Position numbers and translations under genes: made by a program. A DNA stretch of 64,000 nucleotides. Origin: an uncultured Bacteroidales bacterium (GTDB lineage Bacteria; Bacteroidota; Bacteroidia; Bacteroidales; JAADJA01). This document shows, in pieces, positions 39,490 to 50,218 of the stretch. The notes under the pieces were generated by a model. It saw only the letters and a list, made by a program, of their open reading frames with translations, did no database searches and had not been told where the DNA came from. The first letter of the stretch is position 1, and each line of letters begins with the position of its first letter. The stretch is from the NCBI GenBank assembly GCA_963840975.1, contig CAWJBC010000021.1:259837-323836 (forward strand), in the 5' to 3' direction.

Positions 39490-39626
39490 AAAGGAGTGTG
39501 CCAATTAATTCTTGTCGATCTTAATTTTAGTCAATTTAGTCATTATTTTAGGATACCTTATTTGGTCAAAATAATTTTAAAACTTGTTTCATCCTTTAAT
39601 GATTAACCTCTATACGGATAAAACAA

Positions 39627-42600
39627 CTAAACCCACTTGACAAGGTTAAAGTCCATGCGGTGCGGAAGAAACTCTGCTTTGGGGAAAATCCTGAAGGCAA
39701 AATCGAAAACACCTGAAACACGTAAGATAATGGAACAGGAATAAATCGCCTTAACCCCTGAATTACTGACTAATTTCAGTTCTTCTTTGTGAAAGATATT
39801 TTCTACCTTATCTTTTACTTTTTGTCCAATAACAATGTCAATCCCAATATTTTCAGAATGAATTCCATTGTTGTTAAGGGTAATTTCCACATTAAATTCA
39901 TCCCCAAGGTTTAGAGGTCTGGATGTTGAATTGGGTATCCTCACAGAAATTACCTCCACGCCTTCCCATTTCTCCAGAACATCCTGTTTCCATTTCCGAA
40001 TGGTATTTGCCAATGAATATTCATTTTCAGTAAGCGCTTTACCTCTCTTAAAAAGTTTGGAATAGAAATTATTATAGTAATCGTCGAGCATCCGTTTCAT
40101 GGTAAAGTGAGGGGCGATCTCGGAGAAATTATTTTTGATAAAACTAACCCATTTGTGAGAAATGCCATTTCCGTCAACATCAAAATACATTGGCATGATC
40201 TCCTCCTCGATAAGATAATAGATGGTTTCGGCATCCAGTTCATCCTGAAATACCTGGTTTCCGTAAGTCCTGGATTCCTCCAGCGACCAACCAGCATTTT
40301 CCCGGTAACCTTCGGCCCACCAGCCATCAAGAACACTCAAATTGAGGACTCCGTTCATTACCGCCTTTTCACCGCTGGTTCCGGATGCTTCCAAAGGACG
40401 GGTTGGAGTATTGAGCCAAACATCAACACCTGAAACTAATTTACGTGCCACGTGCATATCGTAGTTTTCAATAAAAATTATCTTCCCCAGGAATTGCGGC
40501 ATCCTCGAAATTTCAATCACCCGCTTGATCATGTCTTGTCCGGGTTTGTCGTTTGGATGCGCTTTACCGGCAAATATCAGCCTGAGCGGTTTTTCGGGAT
40601 CATTTAAAAGATTTGCCAGTTTTTCAAGGTTTGTAAAAAGTAAATTCGCCCGCTTATAAGTTGCAAACCGGCGTGCAAATCCTATATACAATGCATTTTC
40701 ATCAATAAGTTCAAGTGTATTGAATATAATCTTTGGATTTTCCTGCCTCCTTGTAAGATCGGTTTGTACTTTCTTCTTTAATAGTTTGATGAATGAAGCT
40801 TTGGCTTTCTGCCTTTGCAGCCAGACTGCCTGATCAGGTATGTTCTGTATTTTTTTCCAGATTTCAGGATTAGCCTGCTCTTTGAAAATATCAATGCCCA
40901 GATTGGATATAAAGAATTTTTGCCAGTTGCGCGAAGCCCAGGTGGGGAGATGAACCCCGTTGGTTACATATCCGATGTGGAGTTCATCAGCGAAATAAGC
41001 CGGATATAAATCGTTAAACATATCGCGAGTTACAATTCCATGAATTTTACTGACTCCATTCATCTCCTGTGAAAATTTTGCAGCCAGTACACTCATTGAA
41101 AACTTCTCATTAATATTTCCTTTGTGAAACCTGCCCAGGTTCATAAAATCTTCCCAACTGATATTTACCCGGTCAGCATAGTGGGGCACGTATGTCCTGA
41201 CCAGATCTTCCGAAAAAGTATCATGTCCGGCAGGGACAGGGGTATGGGTAGTGAAAAGAGTAGTCGCACGGATGACTTCAACTGCGGTATGATATTCGAG
41301 CACTTCATCCTCAATCAACCTTCGCAATCGTTCAAGACAAGCGAATGCAGCATGTCCTTCATTCAAATGGAAAATGTCGGGAGCAAGGTTTAAGGCTTCA
41401 ATCATCCTGATGCCGCCTACGCCAAGCAATAATTCCTGCCGGAACCTGTTTTCCCAGTCACCTCCATATAACTGATGGGTTATTGAGCGATCTTCAATCG
41501 TGTTTTCTTCAATGTCGGCATCCAGCAAATAAAGAGGAATGCGACCAACTTCAATTTTCCAGACTTTAGCCGTCAGGTTTCTACCCGGCAGTGCAAGGTT
41601 AATCATTACCCAATCACCTTTTTCATTCCGCACCGGGATCAAAGGCATTTCTGTGAATTTTTGCGGGATCGCTTCCACAATCTGGTCCCCGAAAATCGAG
41701 AAGTTCTGATTGAAATAACCATACCTGTAAAGAAGTCCGATTCCAAACATGTTTTTGTTTGAATCACTCGCTTCTTTTAAATAGTCACCTGCCAAAACAC
41801 CCAATCCGCCTGAATATATCTTGATGGATTCGTGCAATCCAAACTCCATACTGAAATAGGCAACCTTTTCGTGGGGTTTGTTTGCACTTTCTTTCATGTA
41901 GTTCATGAAATTTTCATGAATCGCTTTCATGTTCTCAATGAATTCAATATCATTTTTGAGTTCTTGAAACTTCCCGTAAGAAAGTCTGAACATCAACGCC
42001 ACCGGGTTATGTCCCACTTCATCCCACAATTTTTCATCTATTCCTTTGAACAGTTTGATGGCTTCATAATTCCACGACCACCAGAGATTCATTGACAAAT
42101 CACGCAAAGGCTCAAGTTCAGCAGGCATCTTAACCTGCACGAAAATCTTTTTCCAGTCTGGTCGCTCAAGTTTGCCATTTCCCATTACAGTATATTCAAC
42201 TGACTGCTTGCTTCTGAAAAGGTCGGAGCGCTTTTCTACCTTATTGTTTGTGAGGGTATAGGCTTCGAAATATTTAGCAGATAATTTTTTCCAGTGCAGT
42301 AGCTGTGATATTTCATAGGCCTCTATCCGGGTCTCTTCATACTGCTCAGGATTGACCTTAATAAAATAACTAATCTCTTTGGCAACTGCTAAAACTACCT
42401 CTGTATAATTGTCATCAGTCCGCTGAACGGCAACGACTGAATGATGTTTTACATCATAATTTAATTTTACCCACATTCCAAAACCCGCAAGGGTAGTTGT
42501 GATCGTTGGTATTCTGAAAGCGATGCTTTCGAGTGGAGTATATCCCCAGGGTTCGTAGTAGGAAGGGAAAATAGTCAGGTCGAAACCGGTAAGGAGCTGG

Positions 42601-43868
42601 TAATAATCAAGGTTGAAGATTCCGTCATAACCATTGAGATAGACCGGAACAAAGATTATTTTTACGTTGCATCCGGTGTCATTGGTCAACTCATTTTCCT
42701 TGATCCGGTTTAATACGGGATCATGAGTCCTGTCGTAGAGTATATGGGTTAAAAAATCGTTTGCAATAGGATGATCGAAGTTGGCTTTGCCAATCTGGTC
42801 GTGAAGGTCTTTTCGGGGTCCTGCATTGCTACCGGGAACTGTAATCAAAGCAATTACCTGTCTTTTCTGTTTTTTATCGGCATTTAGTTTTCCAAGTGCG
42901 TCTATAAAAATATCCAGACCCTTGTTGTGAAATTCATATCTGCCACTGGTAAGAATAAGAAAGGCATCATCATCAATTTTCTGGTTGAGTAAAGCTTCTG
43001 TCACATCAATAATACGCGACCTTGCAACTTTTCTCTGGATGTTGAATTCCTTTTTGTCAGGATGAAAAACATGAGAAAATCCGTTGGGTGTAACAACATC
43101 CACCGATTTGGAAAGTAAATATTTACATTCATTTGCTGTGATGTCGCTGACGGTAGTAAAACAATCGGCTTCATGGGCAGCATGATATTCCAGCGAATAT
43201 TTGGAGGTGATGCCCAGGTTTCTTGCAAAATCTCCCGGATTATATTTTTCAAGATCGCTGTATAGCCGCAGGTTATTACCTGAAATTGACCTGCCAAGTG
43301 CGGTTGCATGAGTGGTAAAGACCGTTCCAATTTGCGGAACATTTTCTTTCAGGTAAAGTACGCCGGAGCCTGTCATCCATTCATGGAAATGACCGATGAT
43401 CTTATCGTTGGCTGAAAGATAAAAATTGTAAAAACTCTCGATAACGATTGCGGCGGCATATCCGAATAATGCCGGTTCAACGTAGTCCCATCCTCCCGAA
43501 AGGGAATCAAGTTTAAATGTTTCCCAGAATTCTGCGAATATCTTATCTTTCTGCATGAAAAATGGTGTGAAATCCACCAAAACCGCTATGGGTTTTCCCG
43601 GTATATTCCAACGGCCGGTTCTAATTCTCAATCCTTCCTTTTCTGCGCTATCCTGCCAGTTTTTAAAGATTGATCTGTCTTCAATAAAATCAGGATTCTC
43701 AACCGTTTCTTTCCAGACATCCGGACCGATAAAAACATATCGGTCACCAAATCCTTCAGAAACAGCAAGGTATTTCGAAGATAAAACCGTATAAATCCCA
43801 CCTACCTTATTACATACTTCCCAACTTACCTCAAACAGATAATCAGGCATTATAATATCATTCGTCAT
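39627..43868 (-). CDS. Fusion protein: GT3 (eukaryote-type) glycogen synthase + DUF3417/GT35 alpha-glucan phosphorylase
   Basis: The N-terminus PDYLFEVSWEVCNKVGGIYTVLSSK is typical of GT3. From about residue 575: NLWWSWNYEAIKLF, AYFSMEFGLHESIKIYSGGLGVLAGDYLKEASD, and the PLP-lysine region EASGTSGEKAVMNG. Confidence 0.85.
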   Translation of the reverse strand: MTNDIIMPDYLFEVSWEVCNKVGGIYTVLSSKYLAVSEGFGDRYVFIGPDVWKETVENPDFIEDRSIFKNWQDSAEKEGLRIRTGRWNIPGKPIAVLVDFTPFFMQKDKIFAEFWETFKLDSLSGGWDYVEPALFGYAAAIVIESFYNFYLSANDKIIGHFHEWMTGSGVLYLKENVPQIGTVFTTHATALGRSISGNNLRLYSDLEKYNPGDFARNLGITSKYSLEYHAAHEADCFTTVSDITANECKYLLSKSVDVVTPNGFSHVFHPDKKEFNIQRKVARSRIIDVTEALLNQKIDDDAFLILTSGRYEFHNKGLDIFIDALGKLNADKKQKRQVIALITVPGSNAGPRKDLHDQIGKANFDHPIANDFLTHILYDRTHDPVLNRIKENELTNDTGCNVKIIFVPVYLNGYDGIFNLDYYQLLTGFDLTIFPSYYEPWGYTPLESIAFRIPTITTTLAGFGMWVKLNYDVKHHSVVAVQRTDDNYTEVVLAVAKEISYFIKVNPEQYEETRIEAYEISQLLHWKKLSAKYFEAYTLTNNKVEKRSDLFRSKQSVEYTVMGNGKLERPDWKKIFVQVKMPAELEPLRDLSMNLWWSWNYEAIKLFKGIDEKLWDEVGHNPVALMFRLSYGKFQELKNDIEFIENMKAIHENFMNYMKESANKPHEKVAYFSMEFGLHESIKIYSGGLGVLAGDYLKEASDSNKNMFGIGLLYRYGYFNQNFSIFGDQIVEAIPQKFTEMPLIPVRNEKGDWVMINLALPGRNLTAKVWKIEVGRIPLYLLDADIEENTIEDRSITHQLYGGDWENRFRQELLLGVGGIRMIEALNLAPDIFHLNEGHAAFACLERLRRLIEDEVLEYHTAVEVIRATTLFTTHTPVPAGHDTFSEDLVRTYVPHYADRVNISWEDFMNLGRFHKGNINEKFSMSVLAAKFSQEMNGVSKIHGIVTRDMFNDLYPAYFADELHIGYVTNGVHLPTWASRNWQKFFISNLGIDIFKEQANPEIWKKIQNIPDQAVWLQRQKAKASFIKLLKKKVQTDLTRRQENPKIIFNTLELIDENALYIGFARRFATYKRANLLFTNLEKLANLLNDPEKPLRLIFAGKAHPNDKPGQDMIKRVIEISRMPQFLGKIIFIENYDMHVARKLVSGVDVWLNTPTRPLEASGTSGEKAVMNGVLNLSVLDGWWAEGYRENAGWSLEESRTYGNQVFQDELDAETIYYLIEEEIMPMYFDVDGNGISHKWVSFIKNNFSEIAPHFTMKRMLDDYYNNFYSKLFKRGKALTENEYSLANTIRKWKQDVLEKWEGVEVISVRIPNSTSRPLNLGDEFNVEITLNNNGIHSENIGIDIVIGQKVKDKVENIFHKEELKLVSNSGVKAIYSCSIILRVSGVFDFAFRIFPKAEFLPHRMDFNLVKWV

Positions 43869-44099
43869 AGTAGTTGTATTGACTAATTATTTTCTTTAAA
43901 AAAAAGGTAAAACAAAAAGGATGCAAATTTATGGCAATAACCCGGTTTACAAAATCATAATTATTAACATTTAATTTCAGTTAACGCAACCAAGTTAATA
44001 TTGGATACATCTACGAGATATATTATAAATCTTGTTTAGCCTATTGAATACCTTTACTACAGTCTAGTAGCACCATTGTTTCATTAAAATACTTTTTAC

Positions 44100-47063
44100 A
44101 TGAAAAATCTAAACGTAATCCATTGGACTTTCGCGATTTTTATGATGATGTCCTTCGTTTCGTTGGGTCAGAATTCGGTTCTGTCAGAAGGTTACTGGTT
44201 TAAATTAGCCATTGATCAATCCGGGATTTATAAAATCAATTACAACGACCTTCTTAGCTATGGTATTTCACCTGCTCAGATTAATCCAAAAAAGATTCAG
44301 ATTTACGGAAATGGAAATGGAATGTTGCCAGAAGCCAATAATGCTTTCCGTTACCACGATTTAAAAGAAAATGCCATTTTTGTTTTTGGTGAAAATGATG
44401 AAGTTTTTGACCAGGGCGATTACATTCTGTTTTATGGTGAAGGGCCAACCGATTGGAAGTTGAATGAAGCCACAGGCTATTTTGATCACCAGGTAAATTA
44501 TTATTCGGATTACACCTATTATTTTATAACGATTGGAACGGAAGTAGGAAAGAGGATAATTAATCAGGCTGAACCACCGGGTAATCCTACTCAAACAATT
44601 CAGATGTTCAATGACTATTTCGAACATGAAGAAGAAAATCATAATCTGATCAGGTCAGGAAAGACCTGGTACGGAGAAATATTTTCAGAAACGACATCCT
44701 ATACCTTCAATCCTAATATTGTGAACCTGTTAACAGATTTTCCTGTTCATCTGAAATCCTCATTTGCTAACCGATCCTTTGTTAATTGCAGCATGGAGAT
44801 TAGCGCTGATGGAGAAGCTGTTTCAACGGTTGTGTTGACATCCATATTTCCTTCAAGTACCAAATATGCCCAGAAAAAAACAGATACAATTTCATTTTTT
44901 GTGAATAATCCTGCATTTGAATTAAATTTCACCTACAATCAACCCAATGATTCGGCAATTGCCTGGCTCGACTATTTTGAACTGAATTTTATAAATGCAC
45001 TCAGTATTAATGGCAATCAATTAAAATTCAGAAGTCTTGCCTCGTTGGGGGCAGGAGAAGTTTCACTTTTTGAAATAACCAATGCCGATGTTTCCACTCA
45101 AGTGTGGAATGTTACAGACCCAATAAATATTTCAGAAATTGACGGTTTACTATTGGGCGATCAACTTGATTTCAAGGTTGCTACGGATAGTTTGCTGGAA
45201 TTTATTGCATTTAGCGGAACGGAATTCGAAAGTCCTGAATTTATCGGGGAGGTTGAAAACCAGAACCTGCATGGATTGAATCCGGTGGATTACATTATTA
45301 TAACTACCGAAGATTTCCTGGAGCCGGCTCAACAGATAGCAGACTTCCATCAAACCCAGGATGGATTAATGTCAGAAGTGGTCATGATAAACCAAATCTA
45401 CAATGAATTTTCATCAGGAGCGCAGGATATTACAGCCATAAGGGATTTCATAAGATACATGTACGATCAGTCCAGCGGGGAAAGTCCTAATTATGTGCTG
45501 TTATTTGGCGATGCCTCCTATGATTTTAAAGACAGGATAGAAAATAACACCAATTTTGTCCCCACTTTTCAAACAACCGAATCTTTAAATACCTCTGCAT
45601 CTGCATCATGGGATGACTATTTTTCATGGTTGGACGAGGAGGAAGGAACAACAGGGACCGCAGATATAGCAGTGAGCAGAATTCCGGTGAAAACTTTCGA
45701 TGAAGCTCAAAGTGCAGTGAATAAAATAATCCATTATTCCCTCAATTCCGAATTTGGTGACTGGAAGAACCGCATCATGTTCATGGCTGATGATGCCGAC
45801 GGTAATTTACATCAGGAACAGGCAGACAGTCTGGCTTTGGTTTTATCTGCAGGATTTGGAGTAATAAACATCAATAAAAACTATCTTGATTTTTACGAAC
45901 TGGTTCAAACCCCTGAAGGACCACGTTATCCTGTTGCCAATGAAAAACTTAACAATGCTATAGATGATGGACTGTTGATCCTTAACTATACCGGACACGG
46001 TGGTGTATTAAGTTGGGCGCATGAACGGGTTTTAACCCTTGAGGATATTCAGGATTGGCAGAATATCAGCCGCTTACCTTTCTTAATTACATCAACCTGC
46101 CAGTTTTCATTATTCGATGATCCTGCGGTGGTTTCAGGAGGAGAAGCTGCGCTCTTAAAGGAGGATGGAGGCTGCATTGCTATTTTTGGACAGTCGCGTT
46201 TGGCTTACAGCCAATCGAACTTTGTTGTGAACAAATATATTTTTGAATATATCGGGAGCGATGATTTTAAGACAAATAAACGATTTGGCGATATCTTCAA
46301 ATATGTTAAACAAAATACGGGTAATCAAATTGCAACCTATGCCAATTCATTCCTTGGCGACCCGGCTTTAAAGATAAATTTTCCGGATAACAAAGTAGTA
46401 ACCAATGCTATCAATGGAATTAATTTACCGGTAGCGCTTGATACAATTCATCCCGGCGATCAAATAACGGTGGAGGGAATCCTCGAAGACGGTCTGGGAA
46501 ATCCATTGAATAATTTTAATGGGAACCTTATGGTTACTGTTTTTGAACGTCCTTATTTGAGGCAAACACTTGGAAATTCAAATACTTCGTACATAACAGA
46601 TATTGAAGTGCAGGATAGTATTATGATTGAGTTGCAGGCAGAAGTTGTTAACGGTCAGTTTGAATATGCTTTTACCGTTCCATCGAATCCCAGCCAGGAA
46701 TATGGGACGATCAAACTGAGTCATTATGCTTTTAATCAGGTGGAAGACGCATCAGGATATTTTTCCGAAATTATGGTTGGCGGCGACCCTAATGCAATCA
46801 ATTCTCATTTTGCAAATAAAAATTTCAGTGTATTTCCGACAATTGCTGATTCCAAACTGACTGTGCTTAACAATGGAAAATCCGAAATATTACAAACCCG
46901 GATAATTGAATTGTCGGGCAAAATATTGATGAGTCAGGATTTCACCGGAATTACCAAAACAAATAGAATTGAACTGAACGTTTCCTCACTGCCTTCTGGT
47001 TTTTATATTCTCAGAGTTGTATCAGGTGATGGAATAGGAGATGTTAAATTCATAAAAAGGTAA
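44100..47063 (+). CDS. C25-family cysteine peptidase, PorU-like (T9SS sortase-like), copy 1, with T9SS C-terminal domain
   Basis: N-terminus W.K.....GIYKI.Y..L...GI....NPK.I.IYGNGNGMLPE. Catalytic-type His in YTGHGG and Cys in TSTCQFSLFDD. C-terminal sorting-domain-like LPSGFYILRVV...KFIKR. Confidence 0.7.
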   Translation: MKNLNVIHWTFAIFMMMSFVSLGQNSVLSEGYWFKLAIDQSGIYKINYNDLLSYGISPAQINPKKIQIYGNGNGMLPEANNAFRYHDLKENAIFVFGENDEVFDQGDYILFYGEGPTDWKLNEATGYFDHQVNYYSDYTYYFITIGTEVGKRIINQAEPPGNPTQTIQMFNDYFEHEEENHNLIRSGKTWYGEIFSETTSYTFNPNIVNLLTDFPVHLKSSFANRSFVNCSMEISADGEAVSTVVLTSIFPSSTKYAQKKTDTISFFVNNPAFELNFTYNQPNDSAIAWLDYFELNFINALSINGNQLKFRSLASLGAGEVSLFEITNADVSTQVWNVTDPINISEIDGLLLGDQLDFKVATDSLLEFIAFSGTEFESPEFIGEVENQNLHGLNPVDYIIITTEDFLEPAQQIADFHQTQDGLMSEVVMINQIYNEFSSGAQDITAIRDFIRYMYDQSSGESPNYVLLFGDASYDFKDRIENNTNFVPTFQTTESLNTSASASWDDYFSWLDEEEGTTGTADIAVSRIPVKTFDEAQSAVNKIIHYSLNSEFGDWKNRIMFMADDADGNLHQEQADSLALVLSAGFGVININKNYLDFYELVQTPEGPRYPVANEKLNNAIDDGLLILNYTGHGGVLSWAHERVLTLEDIQDWQNISRLPFLITSTCQFSLFDDPAVVSGGEAALLKEDGGCIAIFGQSRLAYSQSNFVVNKYIFEYIGSDDFKTNKRFGDIFKYVKQNTGNQIATYANSFLGDPALKINFPDNKVVTNAINGINLPVALDTIHPGDQITVEGILEDGLGNPLNNFNGNLMVTVFERPYLRQTLGNSNTSYITDIEVQDSIMIELQAEVVNGQFEYAFTVPSNPSQEYGTIKLSHYAFNQVEDASGYFSEIMVGGDPNAINSHFANKNFSVFPTIADSKLTVLNNGKSEILQTRIIELSGKILMSQDFTGITKTNRIELNVSSLPSGFYILRVVSGDGIGDVKFIKR

Positions 47064-47174
47064 TCAATCATTTGATGAACTAAAGTAATTGGAAGCCCTT
47101 AAAATCTAAAGTTAAAACTAAAATATCTGGCAAAAATATACCTGCATTTTTTCACTCATTTAAAATTTAAAATT

Positions 47175-50123
47175 ATGAAGAAAAACATCAGGGTTTTAGG
47201 AGTAGCAATGATTCTCCTGTTTGGGTTTACAACAATGTTGGCCCAAAATTCAGTTTTGTCATCCGGCAATTGGTGCAAAATTGCTGTCGAAAACACCGGT
47301 ATCCATAAAATTACTTACGACAATCTGGTGAGTTTTGGAATTGATCCCGGCTCAATCAATCCAAAAAACATTCGGATTTATGGCAATGGGAACGGAATGT
47401 TGCCTGAACCGGTAAATGTATTCAGGTACAATGATCTTCAGGAAAATGCAATTTTTGTTTTTGGTGAAGATGATGAAGTTTTTGATCAGGGCGATTACAT
47501 TCTGTTTTATGGCGAAAGCCCGACTGAATGGAAGCTGGACGATGCAACCGGTTTATTTGAACACAAGGTAAATCTCTATTCCGATTTAACTTATTATTTT
47601 ATCACGGTTGATCTGGGATCCGGCAAACGGATTGAGGAACAATATTCAACCGTGATCCCTCCAACTTTTACTACAACTTCTTTCAATGACTATTACTTTC
47701 ATGAGATGGAACTGGAGAACCTAATTCACACCGGTAGAAATTGGTACGGTGAGCGGTTTGAAGAGATAACCGGTTATAACTTCCAGGTTGATTTCCCAAA
47801 TTTGAAAACCAATTCAGCAATTTATTTTGAGGTTAATGTTATAGCCAGATCCGCCATTACAAGCAATATAGCTGTTTCATTGGAGAATCAGCAATTACTG
47901 TCGTTATCCATACAGCCAAGTAGCTCCAATCCAAATGGTGACTTCGCAAAATCGAGATGGGATACTGCATGGTTTTATTCTACTAACCCGGAATTAAATC
48001 TTACTTTTTTATACGATCAACCTACAGATTCTTCCATCGCGTGGTTGGGTTACTTTACTTTGAATGCCAGGCGCAATCTTGTTTTTGATGCTGGACAAAT
48101 GTGTTTTCGGGATACTCAATCACCCGGTCCTGGAAAAGTTACTCAGTTCCAGGTGCAAACGACCAATGAAAATGTCAACATTTGGAACATCACCGATCCC
48201 CTGAATCCAAAGCACGTCAATCAAAATTACTCGTCCGGAATGATAGATTTTACGTTTGAAACAGACAGTTTACTGGAATTCATTGCTTTTGATGGCTCTC
48301 AATTTTACACTCCTGACTTTGATGAACAATTAGAAAACCAAAACCTACATGGTTTGGAACCTGTTGATCTTGTGGTTGTGACTGGCCAAGATTTTATAAT
48401 TCCTGCTCAACAATTGGCTGATTTCCGCGAATTGCACGATGGGTTGTCATCCGTCGTAGTTACTCCTGACATAATTTATAATGAATTTTCTTCCGGCGCT
48501 CAGGATATTACAGCAATAAGGGATTTTTTGAAAAATATGTATGAGCAATCAAATGGCGAAAACCCAAAATATCTGCTCCTTTTTGGCGATGCCTCTTATG
48601 ACTATAAAGACCGTATCGAAAACAATACGAATTTTGTTCCAGTATGGGAATCATCAGAATCATTAAACCCCGTAGGTTCATTTTGCACGGATGATATATT
48701 TGGAATTTTGGATGATGACAATATGCTTGATATCGGTATCGGAAGGTTACCCGTTAAAACATTTCAGGAAGCGCAGGATATGGTAACAAAGATCATTTAC
48801 TATTCGTCCGATATAAATTCCTATGGCGCTTGGAGAAACGAAATTTGCCTGGTAGCTGATGATGAAGATATGAATCTGCATTTTAATGATTCAGAAAAAT
48901 TAGGTGTACAGGTTGATACGGCTGCTCCCGATTTCAATATTTTTAAAATTTACCTGGATGCTTATGAGCAAATAACAACTGAAGAAGGAAATTTTTATCC
49001 GGATGTAAATCAAGCAATAACAGACAAAATCAATTCAGGGGTAAGCATTATTAATTATGTCGGGCATGGTGGTTACGAAGCGCTGGCACACGAAAAAATC
49101 TTCACAGAAAACGATATTAATAACTGGAATAATATTCAATTCCCGGTGTTTGTTGCAGCCACCTGCGATTTTGGTCTTTTTGATGATCCTGACATCCATT
49201 CACTCACTGAACAATCCTTATTGCTTGCTGATAAAGGAATGATTGCAGTTTGCGCGGCATCCCGTGCAACTTATGCCGGAGGAAATGCTGTTTTTCAAAA
49301 ACATTTTTTCAGGTTTTTATTAGACAAGCCAACTTTACCGCTTGGTCATGTTTTTTCACTTGCAAAAAATAATACTGGATCAAATGATAATACGAGGAAA
49401 CAGATTCTTTTCGGTGATCCGTCAATGAAAATTACAATTCCTGCATTGACAGTTTTAACTGAAGCTATCAATGGTCAAAATATATTAAATCCCATTGATA
49501 CTGTAAACCCCGGCGAACAGGTTATCGTTTCAGGTTATATTGCTGACCCGCAAGGAAACACAGTTTATAATTTCAATGGAAACCTCTATGTGAAAATATT
49601 TGATCGGGCTGATACTGTTTTCACTTTGGGTAATGATAATTCAAGCTTTATTACTGAATTTATCAGGCAGGACAGCATCCTGCTTGAAATGGAAACAGTG
49701 GTGCTCAACGGACAATTCGCTTTTATCTTCAATCTGCCTTACGAAATGGATGAAGCTTATGGAAACCTAAAGTTTAGCTTCTATTCTGTGGACTTTCCAA
49801 ATGACGCCTCCGGTCATTTTTTCGAACTTATAGCCGGAGGTCAGCCCAGCGCCCTTTTTGAATCACCCGTTGAGCAGTTTATTCTAAATTTCTATCCCAC
49901 TATTACTAAAGATTATCTGAATTATTCGGTGCAACAGGATATCCGGAGCCTTGCCATTGATGTATTTGACATAACAGGGAAAAAGGTGATTACTTTTTCT
50001 TCGTCAAATCATTTAAAAGGTGAGCAGAACAGGATTGACCTGACGGAATTGCAGGATGGTTTTTATATTATCAATGCCATAGCTGATGGTCAGCCAATTC
50101 GTTGGAAGGTAATCAAAAAATAG
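47175..50123 (+). CDS. C25-family cysteine peptidase, PorU-like, copy 2 (tandem paralogue)
   Basis: Same architecture as copy 1: YVGHGG, AATCDFGLFDD, and C-terminal LQDGFYIINAI...KVIKK. Confidence 0.7.
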   Translation: MKKNIRVLGVAMILLFGFTTMLAQNSVLSSGNWCKIAVENTGIHKITYDNLVSFGIDPGSINPKNIRIYGNGNGMLPEPVNVFRYNDLQENAIFVFGEDDEVFDQGDYILFYGESPTEWKLDDATGLFEHKVNLYSDLTYYFITVDLGSGKRIEEQYSTVIPPTFTTTSFNDYYFHEMELENLIHTGRNWYGERFEEITGYNFQVDFPNLKTNSAIYFEVNVIARSAITSNIAVSLENQQLLSLSIQPSSSNPNGDFAKSRWDTAWFYSTNPELNLTFLYDQPTDSSIAWLGYFTLNARRNLVFDAGQMCFRDTQSPGPGKVTQFQVQTTNENVNIWNITDPLNPKHVNQNYSSGMIDFTFETDSLLEFIAFDGSQFYTPDFDEQLENQNLHGLEPVDLVVVTGQDFIIPAQQLADFRELHDGLSSVVVTPDIIYNEFSSGAQDITAIRDFLKNMYEQSNGENPKYLLLFGDASYDYKDRIENNTNFVPVWESSESLNPVGSFCTDDIFGILDDDNMLDIGIGRLPVKTFQEAQDMVTKIIYYSSDINSYGAWRNEICLVADDEDMNLHFNDSEKLGVQVDTAAPDFNIFKIYLDAYEQITTEEGNFYPDVNQAITDKINSGVSIINYVGHGGYEALAHEKIFTENDINNWNNIQFPVFVAATCDFGLFDDPDIHSLTEQSLLLADKGMIAVCAASRATYAGGNAVFQKHFFRFLLDKPTLPLGHVFSLAKNNTGSNDNTRKQILFGDPSMKITIPALTVLTEAINGQNILNPIDTVNPGEQVIVSGYIADPQGNTVYNFNGNLYVKIFDRADTVFTLGNDNSSFITEFIRQDSILLEMETVVLNGQFAFIFNLPYEMDEAYGNLKFSFYSVDFPNDASGHFFELIAGGQPSALFESPVEQFILNFYPTITKDYLNYSVQQDIRSLAIDVFDITGKKVITFSSSNHLKGEQNRIDLTELQDGFYIINAIADGQPIRWKVIKK

Positions 50124-50132
50124 GAAACAACG

Positions 50133-50163
50133 GGCTGTCAAATATAGACAGCCTGTTTTTTTT
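50133..50163 (+). terminator. Rho-independent terminator
   Basis: ggctgtc-aaatata-gacagcc followed by tg and a T8 run, 10 nt after the stop at 50123. Confidence 0.7.
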
Positions 50164-50218
50164 ACTTTCCGTCAATATTTTTTTTATCTTCGTTGGATAA
50201 TCATTAAAATAAGAGGTA

